Positions 24,800 to 38,100 of a stretch of DNA of 64,000 nucleotides are shown here, piece after piece. The position numbers were made by a program, and so were the translations under genes. A model generated the notes under the pieces. That model was not told the origin of the DNA and did no database searches. It saw only the letters and a program-made list of their open reading frames with translations. The stretch comes from Lingula anatina (lineage: Eukaryota; Animalia; Brachiopoda): NCBI GenBank assembly GCA_051362555.1, contig CM120641.1:12214001-12278000 (forward strand), read 5' to 3'. Each line of letters opens with the position of its first letter. Positions within the stretch are counted from its first letter, which is position 1.

Positions 24800-27541
24800 C
24801 TTGACATGTGGCTTCCTATCAATTCCACTGCGTACTCATTACATGTCATGTGGTAAAAACAAAAAAGCAATAACCATCATCCTCTCATAAAGTTCTTGGA
24901 GACCTGGCATAAATTTGCTTCCATTCTGCCATACAATAGAGCCAAGACTTGATGCACAAGCACTCCTGGGCAGTGATCAAGACATAAAAGTAGAGATATA
25001 TTGAAATCCTTTTCAGCTTGATGAGCAAGGGTAATAACTCCGACATACAAGCCTGTCTCTGATTGGTTTCTTTGAACACCGAGGATTGGGTCTTTTTCTC
25101 AGCTTTTGCGGCAGCAGCATGTGAGGGTTTCACCTTCTTAATATTATTAATAGCTACTACCCAGCTGAGCACAAATTACCCACAGGTTATGCACCTTTCA
25201 TACAAAATATTTAATAAATGACAGTGCTTTTTCTTTGTAACTAGATTGGACTTCCAATTCTGCCAACAGCTCTCTTGTGGATTCATGGTATTTGCTACCC
25301 AGTAACGCACTTATCAAATTAATTTACTTGAAAGATATTAGTGATGACGATGATGACCCAAGTTTAGGCTCTACCTAGTCAGCCTATATGTGTTCAGTGA
25401 AAGAGTAATCTGCAAGCATAGTTGATTGAGTCCGCAGACACGTTTTCACACACTTAAAGCACACATCAGATACAGCAAATAGGCTTCATCAGTATGGTGC
25501 ATACTTGGTTAGAATCAAGATAATACAGCAGCCAGTGAATAGCACACTCAAGGACAACAAAATGCAAGCATCAAATGCTAAAGCTTCCAATCAATTCTTG
25601 CACATTATGAAAGAAGCCGGATAAAGCTGCCTAGCCATCTATCTATTTACAGTATATTAAACACTATAGTTTTTGAAAAAAAAATGCGAACAGTAATCTC
25701 CTCCAGCTAAAATGCTCAGGAAGGGAAACTATAGCATATGGCCGGAGGTCATGGTTGACTCTGCATATAAGTGGTACTGATCCTAGTGCTAACTGAGTGA
25801 GGAAATTCAAAACTAGCATCTACTGCCAATTCCTTTGATCTTCTAAGACATCGTCTGCTTATTTTTAATCATCAAAGACTCATTCTTTCATGAAAAGCAT
25901 AGAAATTCGCAGAAATGTTGCCAGGTCACTGCCTGTTCATATCAATACAAACCTATAAGTGCTGTCATCATTGATACAGCATATTGCAGGCATAATAAAA
26001 ATGAATGGTTTCCATAAAGATTTATTGAAAATCCAATTTTCCAAGTATATATATAACACAAATAGCAATTTTAGTTCTGTTTGCTCTGTTTGTGTTTGTT
26101 CTTCAATGCAATAATCATGTAATGCATACCTTATCTTATATTCAACTAATTAAGTCACACAAATGTTGCAGCTAGACTAATGGCTTAATTATTCAAAATT
26201 CTGGGATTACAAAGCCATTACTGTGCCTCATTAGCATTAAGCCACCTGATGTAACTGTGAGTTAATCTGAGTTCAATTAATATAATCTGACATCTGTGGT
26301 GCTGAAAGACAAATAAAATTGAATTTGCAAAATCAAAATTTATAATACTGCAACAAACTTTTGTGTTAAATATACCCAAAAAATGATTAAAATATAATTT
26401 TATGACTCTTTACATAAAACTGATACAGGTGTAAATAATTATAAGCAACAACTGGGCATAAGTAAGAGGGGTCCAGGGGCCAAATGAAACAACCTTTTGG
26501 GCAGGAAGAGATCCACTCTGAATCAAAGTTAGGTTCTATGCTGTTCTGGTAAAAAGGTCACCCTTGATATTGCTTGGAATAGCCACATACCAAACAATCC
26601 ATTATGTCATCACATTTAGGCCACCATTTCTATGATAGAACAATAATCAATTTACCAATGATAAATATTCATAACCACAATCCATACAGCTTCCCTCCAG
26701 GCATCCAGTCAAAGCTAACTAGCCTGTGTCCTATATTCAATCATCTACAGTTTAACTCCCCCTAAACCCCAAGGGTTTAAATAAGAAACTGGACATTTTA
26801 GCATTTGCCTCCTTCAATTTCATCCTTGGGAAATCATTAAATTCTGCTTGGCTTTTCATTGTGGTCAATTTTCTCAGTTCCCTGGAGTTTTTAGCTTGTC
26901 AGTAATTTAAATGATTTTTTTTTCAAATTCTTTTCTACAATTTCTCAATTTGCTTTCTACTGAGCACTTCTGAATCAAATTGTTTAATGTACAAAATTGT
27001 TTAATGCACTGATAACAGGTGTTCAAGGTAAATTATATCATGCACACACACTTGCACAAAATACCCAAATATGCAAATGCACAGTCACATTCAAATATGT
27101 ACACACACTGGCACGCATGCACATACAAATGCTACGGCTGATATCTTTGACCAATTTCATCAATATAATGTTAAAACCTATATGCTGCATTTGTGCAATT
27201 GCCTGCATAAACTAGTATGTGGGTGGCAGTCATTAATAAAATGTGAACGTCGCTGGTGAATTTAGTTCAGCTAGGAAATTGAAACATATTGAAATATACA
27301 TCATTAGTATAATGGCTTACCCTGAACTTGTCCATACTGTTGAGATAAGGTATAGACTGTGCATAGAGCACTTACATTAATACTGCCATGGCAACACTCA
27401 AATTGTTCTCAACCATCTACATGTTGCAAGCTCACAACAAAAAATAAATATTACCAGCTTACTGAAGAAAATTTATAACATTAGATTCTATAGCTTCAAT
27501 AGTCTAATCAACTATACTATGTGTTACAGTTGGTTCACTAC

Positions 27542-27738
27542 CTTAATACAACATCACCATATGCGTCCTTCCAGCTGTGACAGCTAGGAGTGTCAATCAT
27601 CAAAGACAGTTCACTCTCTGTGACATCTGGACATTCAATGTCCCTGCGACCACAGCATTTGCAGCGGCAAACAGCTGGCAGTGTCCTAGTGAAGGCATTC
27701 CTAGCCAATCTATACACAAGAGAGACTGCTTGCCCCAT
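27542..27738 (-). CDS. PDE1: Candidate alternative first coding exon MGQAVSLVYRLARNAFTRTLPAVCRCKCCGRRDIECPDVTESELSLMIDTPSCHSWKDAYGDVVL(R)
   Basis: 197 nt open frame ending at phase-2 donor AAG|gtagtg, which restores Arg; elevated GC; MGxxxS start. Confidence 0.62.
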
Positions 27739-30517
27739 GCTTTACCACTCTCCTCTGCCTAGCTGCCAATGTATCTCAGTGTGGCAGATGCCATATGGTC
27801 AAACTATGGAGACACTGCAGAAACAATGAATCTGAATACACAGCACATGTCTGCTGCTATTTAATGGTTGATAGATTTAACCAGGGACACTCCACTCTGC
27901 AGAAATCATCCTATAGATTGGAAGTGTCTGCCTCGCCTACATCTTCCAAACCATCGCAATCAGTCCATTTTGCTTGCCTCACGTTGTATGCCCTTCTACA
28001 TCAAAATCAATGTTCTCTTAATCTATCTGGCAATATTAAAACAATGGAGAGACACAAGTTTGCCTCCCAAACACCCATCAAGGAAGGAAAGTGCAGTCAA
28101 TGTCAGCAGACCCAGCTGTGCTCGTAATTATAACAGTTCATCTCTCTACATTTGACAACTTTTCGATTTCCCAGCACATATCAACTTATCACTGTCCATC
28201 TCTATAGCACTGAGGCAGCTATTGTAACATATATCATACGCTGGTAAGCAGCAGTCTGTCATCATTTCTCCTTATCAAACATAAGTCTGCCAAATATATT
28301 GTCTAGATAAGTAGCAAAATTAACTTGCAACCGGAAGAATACGCAACACAAGATGACAGCCTTGTCAAATGAATTTCATATGACTTCGTAAACCTTTCTT
28401 TTGACTTTTTCTTTGTTTTAGTGTGTGCAAATATCAACTATAGAGTGCCTATTTCTGCCCTTGTATTCAAATGTCATTTGCATGTAAGCCTGCTGGCAAC
28501 TCTGAGGCAAATCCACAGATTCAGAACAAGGAAAGAAGCAACAGCAATCTTGTCTGAATGATGTTCTCCTGTGGGTTTAACACAGGCTATTCATCATGGG
28601 TGAGAAAAATACTGGCAAAACCCCATCCCTCTGGATTACTAAAGTGTAATTACGCTGCCGTAAGAGAGCCGCTGGAAGAAAACAAAGCATGGTGATAAGC
28701 TCACAAATGCTGCTACAAAAATCCCATATCAGTAATCTTAATTGGATGCATGCATTGACACGTTCTAATGTCACTGCCTGCACAAGCTTGGTTGCCTAGC
28801 TACAGTTATGTGCAGTAAAATAAATGCTATTTGAAAACCCAAGAGACTGGATGGCTCCCCCAAGAGCTGCTGCCAGAACATCTAGCATTCAAACAGCAGT
28901 AGAGAAGACATTATACAGAGATGGGGTAATGGCTTGGAATTGAAGTGGGGGTGACCAAGCATTCTTTATTGAGCTTCAAACATATTATCAGTATACAGAA
29001 TAATGGTACTTTTTATTTTTTGCTCGATTAGTCATGAAAATGGGTGTGTAACAAGTCCCTTTTGCTGAATTTGTAATTATTTTCAGCATGAAGATAGAGA
29101 CACAATTTGCTTCCAGTAATGGCAAAACATACACAATTTCAGCCTAATTATTAAAAACAAAAACCAATTATTTCTCCCAGATTTTGTCCTCTTGAGTATA
29201 AAGAATTTTAATCAATTCATTTTTTTGATTTCCAAATCAATTGAGAAGTACTCTTGGGATATTAGGTTGTGCTGTTGTTGAGTTTACTGGAATATTTGTG
29301 GTTATCTGGACTGCTCACACTGGAATTCTGGTGGATTGAATTTGTTTGATGAAAAAAGTTCTGAATTAAATGGCTCTTAATTCTAACCTATAATTTCTGA
29401 GAACAATAAAATTTACAGGCCAGCTATATTTCAACCATGAAGTCACTGGAAAAACATCTGAGTTGATGCAACTGCTAAAAATAAATATTGTGTGATTAGA
29501 AATAATGGAAAGTTATATGGTTGTAAGATATCAATAAGCTACTGCACATAGCGATTATATCTAGCAACCTTTTCTGAGCTACTGGAAAACATTCTGACTT
29601 CCTAGAAACCATACTATTACAATAAAAATGAAGAGTTAACTGCAGCATATAATACATCAGTGGCACCTGGTGACAAGTGTAGATGATAGACAAGTATACA
29701 AACTGATCATCATATAATAGTAAGGTAATGATGTTTAATACTTAACTTTAAAAACCTTCTTTATCTGTGCATATAAATTATTTCATTAAAAGAAATGAGA
29801 AATATATTTCAAGCTTTTGTAAATCTATCACTGTTGAGACTCAAAATTTGATTTGGCTTTAGTATTTCTGCCTAATTTATTTGCTAAGTGTCCATGATAG
29901 ACGTACAAACTGTTCATCATATAATAGTAAATAAATGCTTAACGCAACACACAAACATTAACCTTTATTGAAAAAAGGGTTTTGCATTGTATTCAGTGCA
30001 TTTCTGGCTGTTGAAACTTATGTCTGCGATAACACAAAATAATGGATAATCCATCTGACAGTACAGCAACATCTCAACTTAGCAGCCATTGAGTAAAAAA
30101 TGAGTTAATTCAATTGCTAAAAATAAACAGTGTGTGAGTAGGAAGAATGGGAAGAAGTAGCAAATTGCTATAAAACACTGACCTAGCAGTCTGTTTGAGG
30201 ACACCAATAATTGCTAAAATTGAAATATCATAATTTAGAAAAATTAGAAAAAAATATCCTATATCCCATTAGCACAGTTTTCCAAAAAGCTCAATCTAAA
30301 AACTATACGCTACATGATGAGATATTCTTTGTGATGGATAAACTATATATATTCCACTGTTATGAGGAGTTTACTCAATATTAATGAAGTAAGTTACTTT
30401 GAGTTATGGCAATGTAGAACCAAGGGAAATCACATAAATATACATTCATGCATCAGATAGAATTGGTACATCTTGTTTGATATTTTGGTTCAATTTTATT
30501 AACATAACAAATGTGTC

Positions 30518-30649
30518 TTTGAATGACTCTTATTACTGTTTTAAAAAGAATTTAAAAACCTTTTTATTTAAGGAATATTTTGGTTTGAATGACTCTTATT
30601 ACTGTTTTAAAAAGAATTAAAAAACCTTTTTATTTAAGGAATATTTTGA
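30518..30649. repeat. Tandem duplication of about 66 bp
   Basis: tttgaatgactcttattactgttttaaaaagaatt.aaaaacctttttatttaaggaatattttg occurs twice. Confidence 0.9.
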
Positions 30650-30954
30650 TTAACTTTTATCTCTTAGTTTTAAATACTTTTATGTTAGTTTTTAATTAAT
30701 CTTTGTAGTGTAACGTGGTTTTTAAGAAATGTAAATTGAACATATATATTCAGTCTGGTTCTGAGACTTTGTAGAAACAATGTTTTAAACAAGGCAGCAA
30801 AGCTGTCAAATGTACAGACAAAAAGCAGGAAATAACTATGCACAAAATAGGCTAATGTCAATTCTGATGCAAAAGTACATTATGTTAAACTGCAAATTTA
30901 ACATCAAATTTTAATTATGCTCAACAGGTAATACTAATGTAAGTAAAATGTGTA

Positions 30955-31395
30955 ACAAGCATAAGGCTTCAGGCCCATGGGAGTTCAATTTCACACTTTG
31001 AACATGTATAACTTCCAGAAAAAGAAGCCAATAAGACTGCTTTTCCAACTCAGGCTGCATGCCGATTTTCGAACTTGACTTGCGTTTTAGTAAGATCAAT
31101 TACTCCTGTGAGTTTCATGACAACAGGCCTATCAGTTTTTCTTGAAATGTGTTAACAGTGTTGCATATATGCTGAAAAGTGAAAAAAAAAGGCATAACTT
31201 CTACAATAATGGCCCGATCATGCTGATTTTTGAACTTGACCTGTGTTTTATGAATATTCATCAGCTCAGTAAATATAAAGCCCAAAAGTAAAACTGCCTT
31301 CTACTTATCGTGCTTACAATGAAAGTGCACGGCGACGGCAACTGCGATGACGGCGACGACAGACACAGGTGATGGCAATATGTACAGACACATCT
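30955..31395 (+). mobile_element. Helentron-associated/DINE-1-like non-autonomous element, copy 1
   Basis: ACAAG start, repeated core (gatttt.gaacttgac), GAC/GGC microsatellite, degenerate 3' hairpin; about 250 bp closely similar to 32050-32310. Confidence 0.6.
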
Positions 31396-31585
31396 ATATA
31401 TATATTTACTGTACTGTTTAAGAACAGTAATTGACATGGTTTTTCTTAAATGGTCATCATGGGAACAGTGCCCAAAATAGGTTTTTTTTTTAAATTTTGA
31501 TGCAATATTACATAATGTTTAACAGCATAATGACCATCAATTTTTAATAATAAAATATTTGTATCATGGATGTTCAGAAAATGTG

Positions 31586-32327
31586 ACTAGCAAAGGTCTT
31601 CAGGCCCATGGAACTTCAAAGTCACAACTTGAAAATGCCAAAATGTAAACAAGACAGCACTGTTCTGAAATGTTTTTTTTCCCATTTTTAACAATTTTTA
31701 ACATAAAACAAAATTAACAGTTTACTGCCATTTTTATATGATTAACTAAGAAAATTGATGAGATTGGAAAAATATCAATAGAGCAGTGTTAAATGTCCAA
31801 TTTCTTCCATTCTGAGATTCTGAACATAGTGAATGATTGAATCTGACAAACTGCAATGACATGAGTTTATTTCCATTTTTGAAACTTTATTACACAATAC
31901 ACGATAACAAGTTCACCATCATTTTTACAAAATCAACTAACAATGTTGTAAAGATGCAGGACATGTCAAACAAAAACTTTTACGTATCTTATTAGTTTAA
32001 TAATGAGACTGTTAACATGCCTAAGAATTGAATCTGAGGAAATGTGAAAAATATGCTGAAAAGTGAAAAAACAGCATAACTTCTACAATAATGGCCCGAT
32101 CATGCTGATTTTCGAACTTGACCTGCGTTTTATGAATATTCATCAGCCCTGTAAATATAAAGCCAAAAAGTAAAACTGCCCTCCACTTATCGTGTTTACA
32201 AGGAAAGTGCACGGCGCCGGCATCGCCATCGGCATCGCCATCGGCATCGCCATCGGCATCGCCATCGGCGACGACAGACGCAGGTGATGGCAATATGTAC
32301 AGACACATCTGTGTCTGTACATAAAAA
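31586..32327 (+). mobile_element. Helentron-associated/DINE-1-like non-autonomous element, copy 2
   Basis: Same 5' motif (cttcaggcccatgg), (GGCATCGCCATC)n tract at about 32219-32270, perfect 14-bp terminal hairpin TATGTACAGACACA-TC-TGTGTCTGTACATA at 32294-32323. Confidence 0.65.
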
Positions 32328-33273
32328 TGGCTTCATCAGTTTGAAATTATCTAGGCATTCTTCTTCAACCAACTTCTGTCATCCCCAATGTCATGGCTGA
32401 AAAATGACAATGTGTATGACCTAACCTAATTACCATTAGAGGAAATGACAGAGCCAGTGATGTGCAAAATATGCTTCACGAGAAGAGAAAATATTCTCTT
32501 GATTGATGGACAAGCGATAGGTTGATTTCTTCTACTCCACTGCCTCTACAAATGTGCCTCAACCCAGGAATGCCTGGAGGATGAAGGAGAGAGAGGAGCT
32601 CAAGATGTTCATTTATACCTTGTACACACAGTTTAATTATATTCAGTTCACTATTTGCTGTCTTTTATAAAGTGAGAACATTTGGCATTCCTTGTTGAAA
32701 TTTATTCTTGAAAAATAATGAAAAACCCTCTGTCTCTGTTTCAGCAACCCATGGTCAGCAACCCAGTCATCATGATCCAGTTAACTTAGTTGATGACCCA
32801 GTTGACAGGCTAGTCCAGTCCCCTCACCTTACTGGAATCTTTGTTCTCTGATATATTTACCGCACAGGTTATTATATTTTAATGCTGCTATATTTATAAC
32901 AGCGCCCTCTACAGAATGCAATTTATTGGATGATAAATGTTACTTGGCAACCTGCCTTCAAACCCTCAGGTGCTAATTTTCAGATAATGACTTGTGTTCC
33001 CAAAAGTAGAAACCTCTTGCTTAAAGGAACATTTTCTCTATAATTGCTTTAAATTAGCACTACTTTCCAATAAAAGTTTTAGGAGTACCTCTGTACCAAC
33101 TTATCAAATAAAACATATCCCAAATACCTTTGCCTGAAGTTTTCCCAATGGTTCGTCCTTTCAACCCCCCCCCCCCCCACACACACACACACATAGACAG
33201 AACATATACCTGTGTCTCTAGCATCAAGATAATTATCCCGCGTGGACTCTAGAATCTATTCATATCAATTCAG

Positions 33274-33317
<44 letters not shown>

Positions 33318-33500
33318 AAATAACTATATGCAGGTCCATACAGATCCTCTTAACCAGCCTCATATCAGTGTCCCACCTTGTTCATAACTTTTCTTAATTT
33401 TTACCATGTTATAAATTGAAGCTTGTTCTATCAATCTATAAGTGCTATTAACCTCCTATGGCATTGCTTAAATACATTAATGGTGTAACATCTCCCTAAT

Positions 33501-33684
33501 CAGGCCCGTAGCCAGGGGGGGGGGGGGGGGGGGGGGGGTTCGGGGGTTCAAAAGAAGCACCCTTTTTGCTGGGAAAAGGTCCACTCTTTGTAAAATTTGA
33601 TCTATGTACTTGAGGATTGTATGGTAAAAGGTCCACTTTTTCAGAAAACGAACTCCCCCTCTGAAATTGCTGGCTACGGGCCTG
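33501..33684. mobile_element. MITE with CAGG ends and 5-bp TSD (hAT5-like)
   Basis: Perfect 15-bp TIR CAGGCCCGTAGCCAG/CTGGCTACGGGCCTG, CTAAT duplicated on both sides, internal poly-G. Confidence 0.85.
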
Positions 33685-33709
33685 CTAATAACATAGACAT
33701 TATTTTGAC

Positions 33710-34495
33710 TAAGGAGGTGTATATTACCTCCTTGCTACAACTTATTTACTTATTCCATCCAGGCTCAGTAATCTATCAATATTTGTAAACCTCTTACATG
33801 TGCAGTGGTTAGATGTTATGTTCCCAAATTTCTTCAGATAACTTCATTTCGTTTATTCCACAAGCAAGTGGGCCAAATGCCATCAAGTTAAAAAATCTTT
33901 AATGTGTTTCATATATTCATGCAGAATTCAAACATCTGTGAATGGTTATAAAACCAACTTGTTGACCTTTTTTCCATACTAATCATTACATGGAACTTTA
34001 ATTGAGTAAACCATGAGCCTTAAATCAATAAATATTTCAGGAAAATAGGACCCTTGTAATCAGCGCCCTACTTATTCTGTTCAATCTTGTGGAAATTTTT
34101 CTTTAATCGCCCATCAATAATCAATAAATTGACTTAAAATTAACAAAGACAAGATGATAAAAGATTCCTAATTACCAACAACTGACAATAACTTCACAAA
34201 CAAGGCAGCAAAGATACCTGATGGAGAGACATTTAAATATCAAAACTTACAATACAGTGCTCTTAAAACAATCTAACAATGAATTTAATGACGAAAGTGT
34301 ACTGTATGGTTTTTGTCAATTTTGATGCAACATTGCATAATGCTTAACAGCATAATCACCACTAAAATCTGATCATGTATTTGTAATATCCAATTATAAA
34401 GATATTACTCTAAGGAGGTGAATACACCTCCTTATTCCAACTTATTTACTTATTCCATCCAGGCACAGTAGACTATCAATCTTTGTAAACCTCTT
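33710..34495. repeat. Pair of direct repeats of about 85 bp (about 33710-33795 and 34411-34495), each starting with a hairpin
   Basis: taaggaggtg.ata..acctcctt...caacttatttacttattccatccaggc.cagta..ctatcaat.tttgtaaacctctt occurs twice. Confidence 0.8.
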
Positions 34496-34857
34496 GTGCT
34501 ACTGGGGACATCCAGACATCATATCTAAAACAGGGCTTCACTACCATGGGAATGTTAACTCACACCTAGAAAATGCCAAATTGTGACAAATGTAAATTTC
34601 ACAAAAAAAAAAAAAAAAAAAAAAAAACTTTCAGAGAAATGATCCAATCAGGCTGCTTTTTAAAAGTCAAGCTAAATTTTAGCCTATTATTTCTGTAAAT
34701 TTGAGAATAATAAGTAACACTTAAAAAAATTATTGAGTTAATGAACATAATCCAGGAAAGTTCAGGGCAACACCAATGACCACTACTGACACAGGCAATT
34801 GTTACATGTCCAGACAAACTTGCCTGTCTATAAAAGCAGGTGACTTGAAAGGAATAT

Positions 34858-35170
34858 GGGACCATTCAGAATGAGAAGAGCCGAGTGCTAGCTAGGCCAC
34901 GACCTAAATATGGCGGACCTACATGAAAGGAAGACTACTTAATCCTGTAATGGTCTCTCCACCTCTCACACGCCTCCCCACGCATCGTCCTTGCAGGGGC
35001 ATAGTAATTCAATTTGGGCTCAATTCAACCGGTTGAGGGATGACGCGTGGGGAGCTGTATGGGAGGCAGAGAGGTCATTGCAAGATTAAGCGGTCTTCCT
35101 TTCATGTAGGTCCGCCATATTTAGGTCGTGGCCTAGCTAGCACTCGGCCCTTCTCATTCTGAATGGTCTC
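34858..35170. mobile_element. Fold-back MITE, PIF/Harbinger-like
   Basis: Inverted arms of about 135 bp (GGGACCATTCAGAATGAGAAG...CTTCTCATTCTGAATGGTCTC), 3-bp TSD TAT. Confidence 0.85.
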
Positions 35171-38100
35171 TATGAGAAGATTTAAGAAAGCAAAAAGCCT
35201 GTAAACTATCCCTTGGACTAATGAAAGAGCCTATCTGTGTAATAATTATATGATATTCTTGGTAGCTTAAAGGAAATGTCAACTGCATGGTATTCTCTGC
35301 ACTGTAGCAATGGTGCAGTAGATACATGTACAATAGAACAATGACTAGTGATCAAGTGGCATAAGTGTTGCCTAGTGATAATGACTTTCATCTTCTCTTT
35401 ATAAGCATCAGTTACATATCATATTCATATTGTTCACTTATGAAATTACAAGTTGAATCGAAGTATGTGACAAAAGTACAATGAAAATATCGAGCAATAA
35501 TATATAGTTTAAAATGCTAATAGATTCAAAATTATTATGGAGTCAGTAAAAGAGAATGAAGTGTCCATTCTAAGTTTATGGCAAGCAAATTTGCACTTTA
35601 GATAAAGAAACCATCATCTTTTTGTTAGTTATTAATTATTAATTATTTTTATTAATGATTATTAATGATAGTGAAAAGGAGAAAAACATTCTGGCAAGGT
35701 TATATTTTAAGTACGTTGCTATCCCTCTTTCTACAAGATGTTTTCTTTTCCTGGAAATATTGACATTATCACTGGTGAGAGTGTTATCCCCATTTATGTT
35801 TAGTAAAGAAAAATTCAGATGTAAAAACAAACACAGAGGAAAAGTAATGTTGTGAATGCCTTCTGGCTCTCTAACAACAGCAATCCCATCTCAACTAAAA
35901 GAAATCCTTTGACTAAAAGTACAAACATGTACTTTGGCTTCAAAAATTCTCCATCTACTCTCCTTTTGCAAAAAGATAATAAAGGGAACCAGAGGAGAAA
36001 GGATTGTGCCAGAAGTGCATGTTATATGATGTCAAATGGTGTGAGACATGAAGCTGTCTGGTCATTTTTAGCTGGAAGTACATGGGAGTGGAGCCATGAG
36101 TGCGAAGTTGAAGCAGATTTTCTGACGCCATGGTAAGGTAATATTTTTGTCTGTCAGCATAAAGAGCAGAGAATACTTGTAGAAACACGGGGAATATGCT
36201 ATGAAAATGTGTCATGCATCTTGAAGTTGAAAAATTGTGCTTTATGTCAGTCAACTTGTTTTCTAATAACTTGCTGCATCAAATGACAGCGCGACAAAGA
36301 ACATCACTGGGTAAAACAATCATGTGAGGCTGAAAATCATTGTCATGTGAAATATTTGCATGTATGCAATCTGATATGCCCATATTTAATCATTGTTTGG
36401 TGTATTATGGTAAGGTGCTGCAATTATAACAATGTTTTAAAGTCCTTAAAGGACCTTGTTAAAACCAGGAAGTAGATGTAAATTGTAACAAATCACGATC
36501 AAGGTGCAATAGTACATATATTCTTTTTTTTTTTCAATGTGGTGAGGAGTTTTTAGATGATTAAATAACAAGCTGACATAAAATTTCACAAATATGATAC
36601 TATGGTGATAGACCTATTACACCAGGGTACATACTACACTGTTCATGCAATCAGTGACTAATGCCATATAACAAATATCAGTCTGACAGCCTCTTTTCTT
36701 AGCTAAAAATCACAAGCAAAGGAGACTGGTGATCAATTGCCTTAGGCTGTCAATCAATGGCCCTGAGAACTGGTCTGATTAGATCTTAGCTACCCATCAG
36801 AAGTGTTTCAAAACTGAGTATTGCATAATACTGTTAATCAGCTGTCCTGAAGTACAAGTAATTAGTAGCTTAAGGTAGTCTTATCTACCAGTCAGATTTG
36901 GGATCTCCTCAGCTAAAATTCTTTTCATCTCCCTGGAAAGGTTATGTTGTTATCAGATCAGTGTTAAGTTTACTTTTCACCAATGAAATATTTTAATGTC
37001 AGGCGAATCCATCACATTAATGAAACATTTGTACATTTCTTCTTTCTATTCTTTAAGAATTTTAAGTGTAACAGTGGAACCACTTTAACAACTTTACGTC
37101 TTGCAACTTAGCATAAAATAAAGAGGAGGGTGGGCTGAGAAAAGCAGTGTAAAAAGGAATAAATGAAATTTATACACAAATAATTTTTTGGTTGTTTTCT
37201 CTGTTGAATTACAGTCTACTGTTCTGCTGAATTACAGTCTACTTCCCAACGATTTGAATTTGCTTTGTTTTGCATACTACTTTTGTATTGCTTTCTTACA
37301 TGACATTCCCATAGAATTTTACTGAAATCACTTAAAAGCCAAACCCACCTCATGCATATTCTCACACACTCACACATGCATACACGTACACACACACACA
37401 CATACATAGTCTCACATACTGAGTATTGATCGTAGTTGGCCATGCCATTGGCCATGTCAAGTGCAGAGGCCCAGTTTTAGTTGACTCTCTTATGCAACAG
37501 CCAGGTTATTAAGTTTTCAATCTATCAAAGTGTAACTGTACAGATTGTATTGTATTGTATTGTATTGTATTATACTGCTTGATGTGAAAAAGGCCTAATG
37601 GTCATAATGTTATACTCAGGCATCATAAACAGATCTAAAGATGCTACCTCTCAAATATCTCTAACTACAAGCACAAGAACATAAAAATGACACTTTTCCA
37701 ACCCTTAATTGTTACTTCTAAATTTTAAATTTTATTCATGGTGCTGTTTTGAACTACTAATTTTTAAATCTTTTTCAAAAGATGAGGCTAAGAGGAGGCA
37801 CTTCACTAGCTTCTTAACCAGTCTCCGTGTTGATAAATCATTCACATAATATAGGAAGCCAACTGTTATTTGAAAATAAAGTATTTTCATGACTTAAATG
37901 CACAGAACTCACCAATTTCATGGAATTAAACACTGTGGGATGGTTGTTTGTACTAGATATTGTGAAAGGTAAACAATGAGAAACAGTAATTTTTAGATAT
38001 TTGGCATTAGAAATATTTTGAAAATAAATCTGTAACACATCTTAGATCTATAAATACTGATCATGAGAAAGAACTTTCTATATATGATTTAAATGTCTCA

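Noticed and set aside
32021-32308. ORF with a DADGDADG repeat resembling a Ca2+-binding motif
   Set aside because: It is the translation of the GGCATCGCCATC microsatellite inside a non-autonomous repeat.
32445-32525. Plus-strand MTEPVMCKICFTRRENILL..., resembling the start of a RING finger
   Set aside because: Stops after about 26 codons, with no further Cys/His ligands or convincing splice partner.
36072-36132. Plus-strand exon-like segment (tttttag...ATG|gtaagg) suggesting a nested antisense gene; similar segment near 54060-54104
   Set aside because: No compatible partner exons or recognisable protein; cannot be supported without transcript data.
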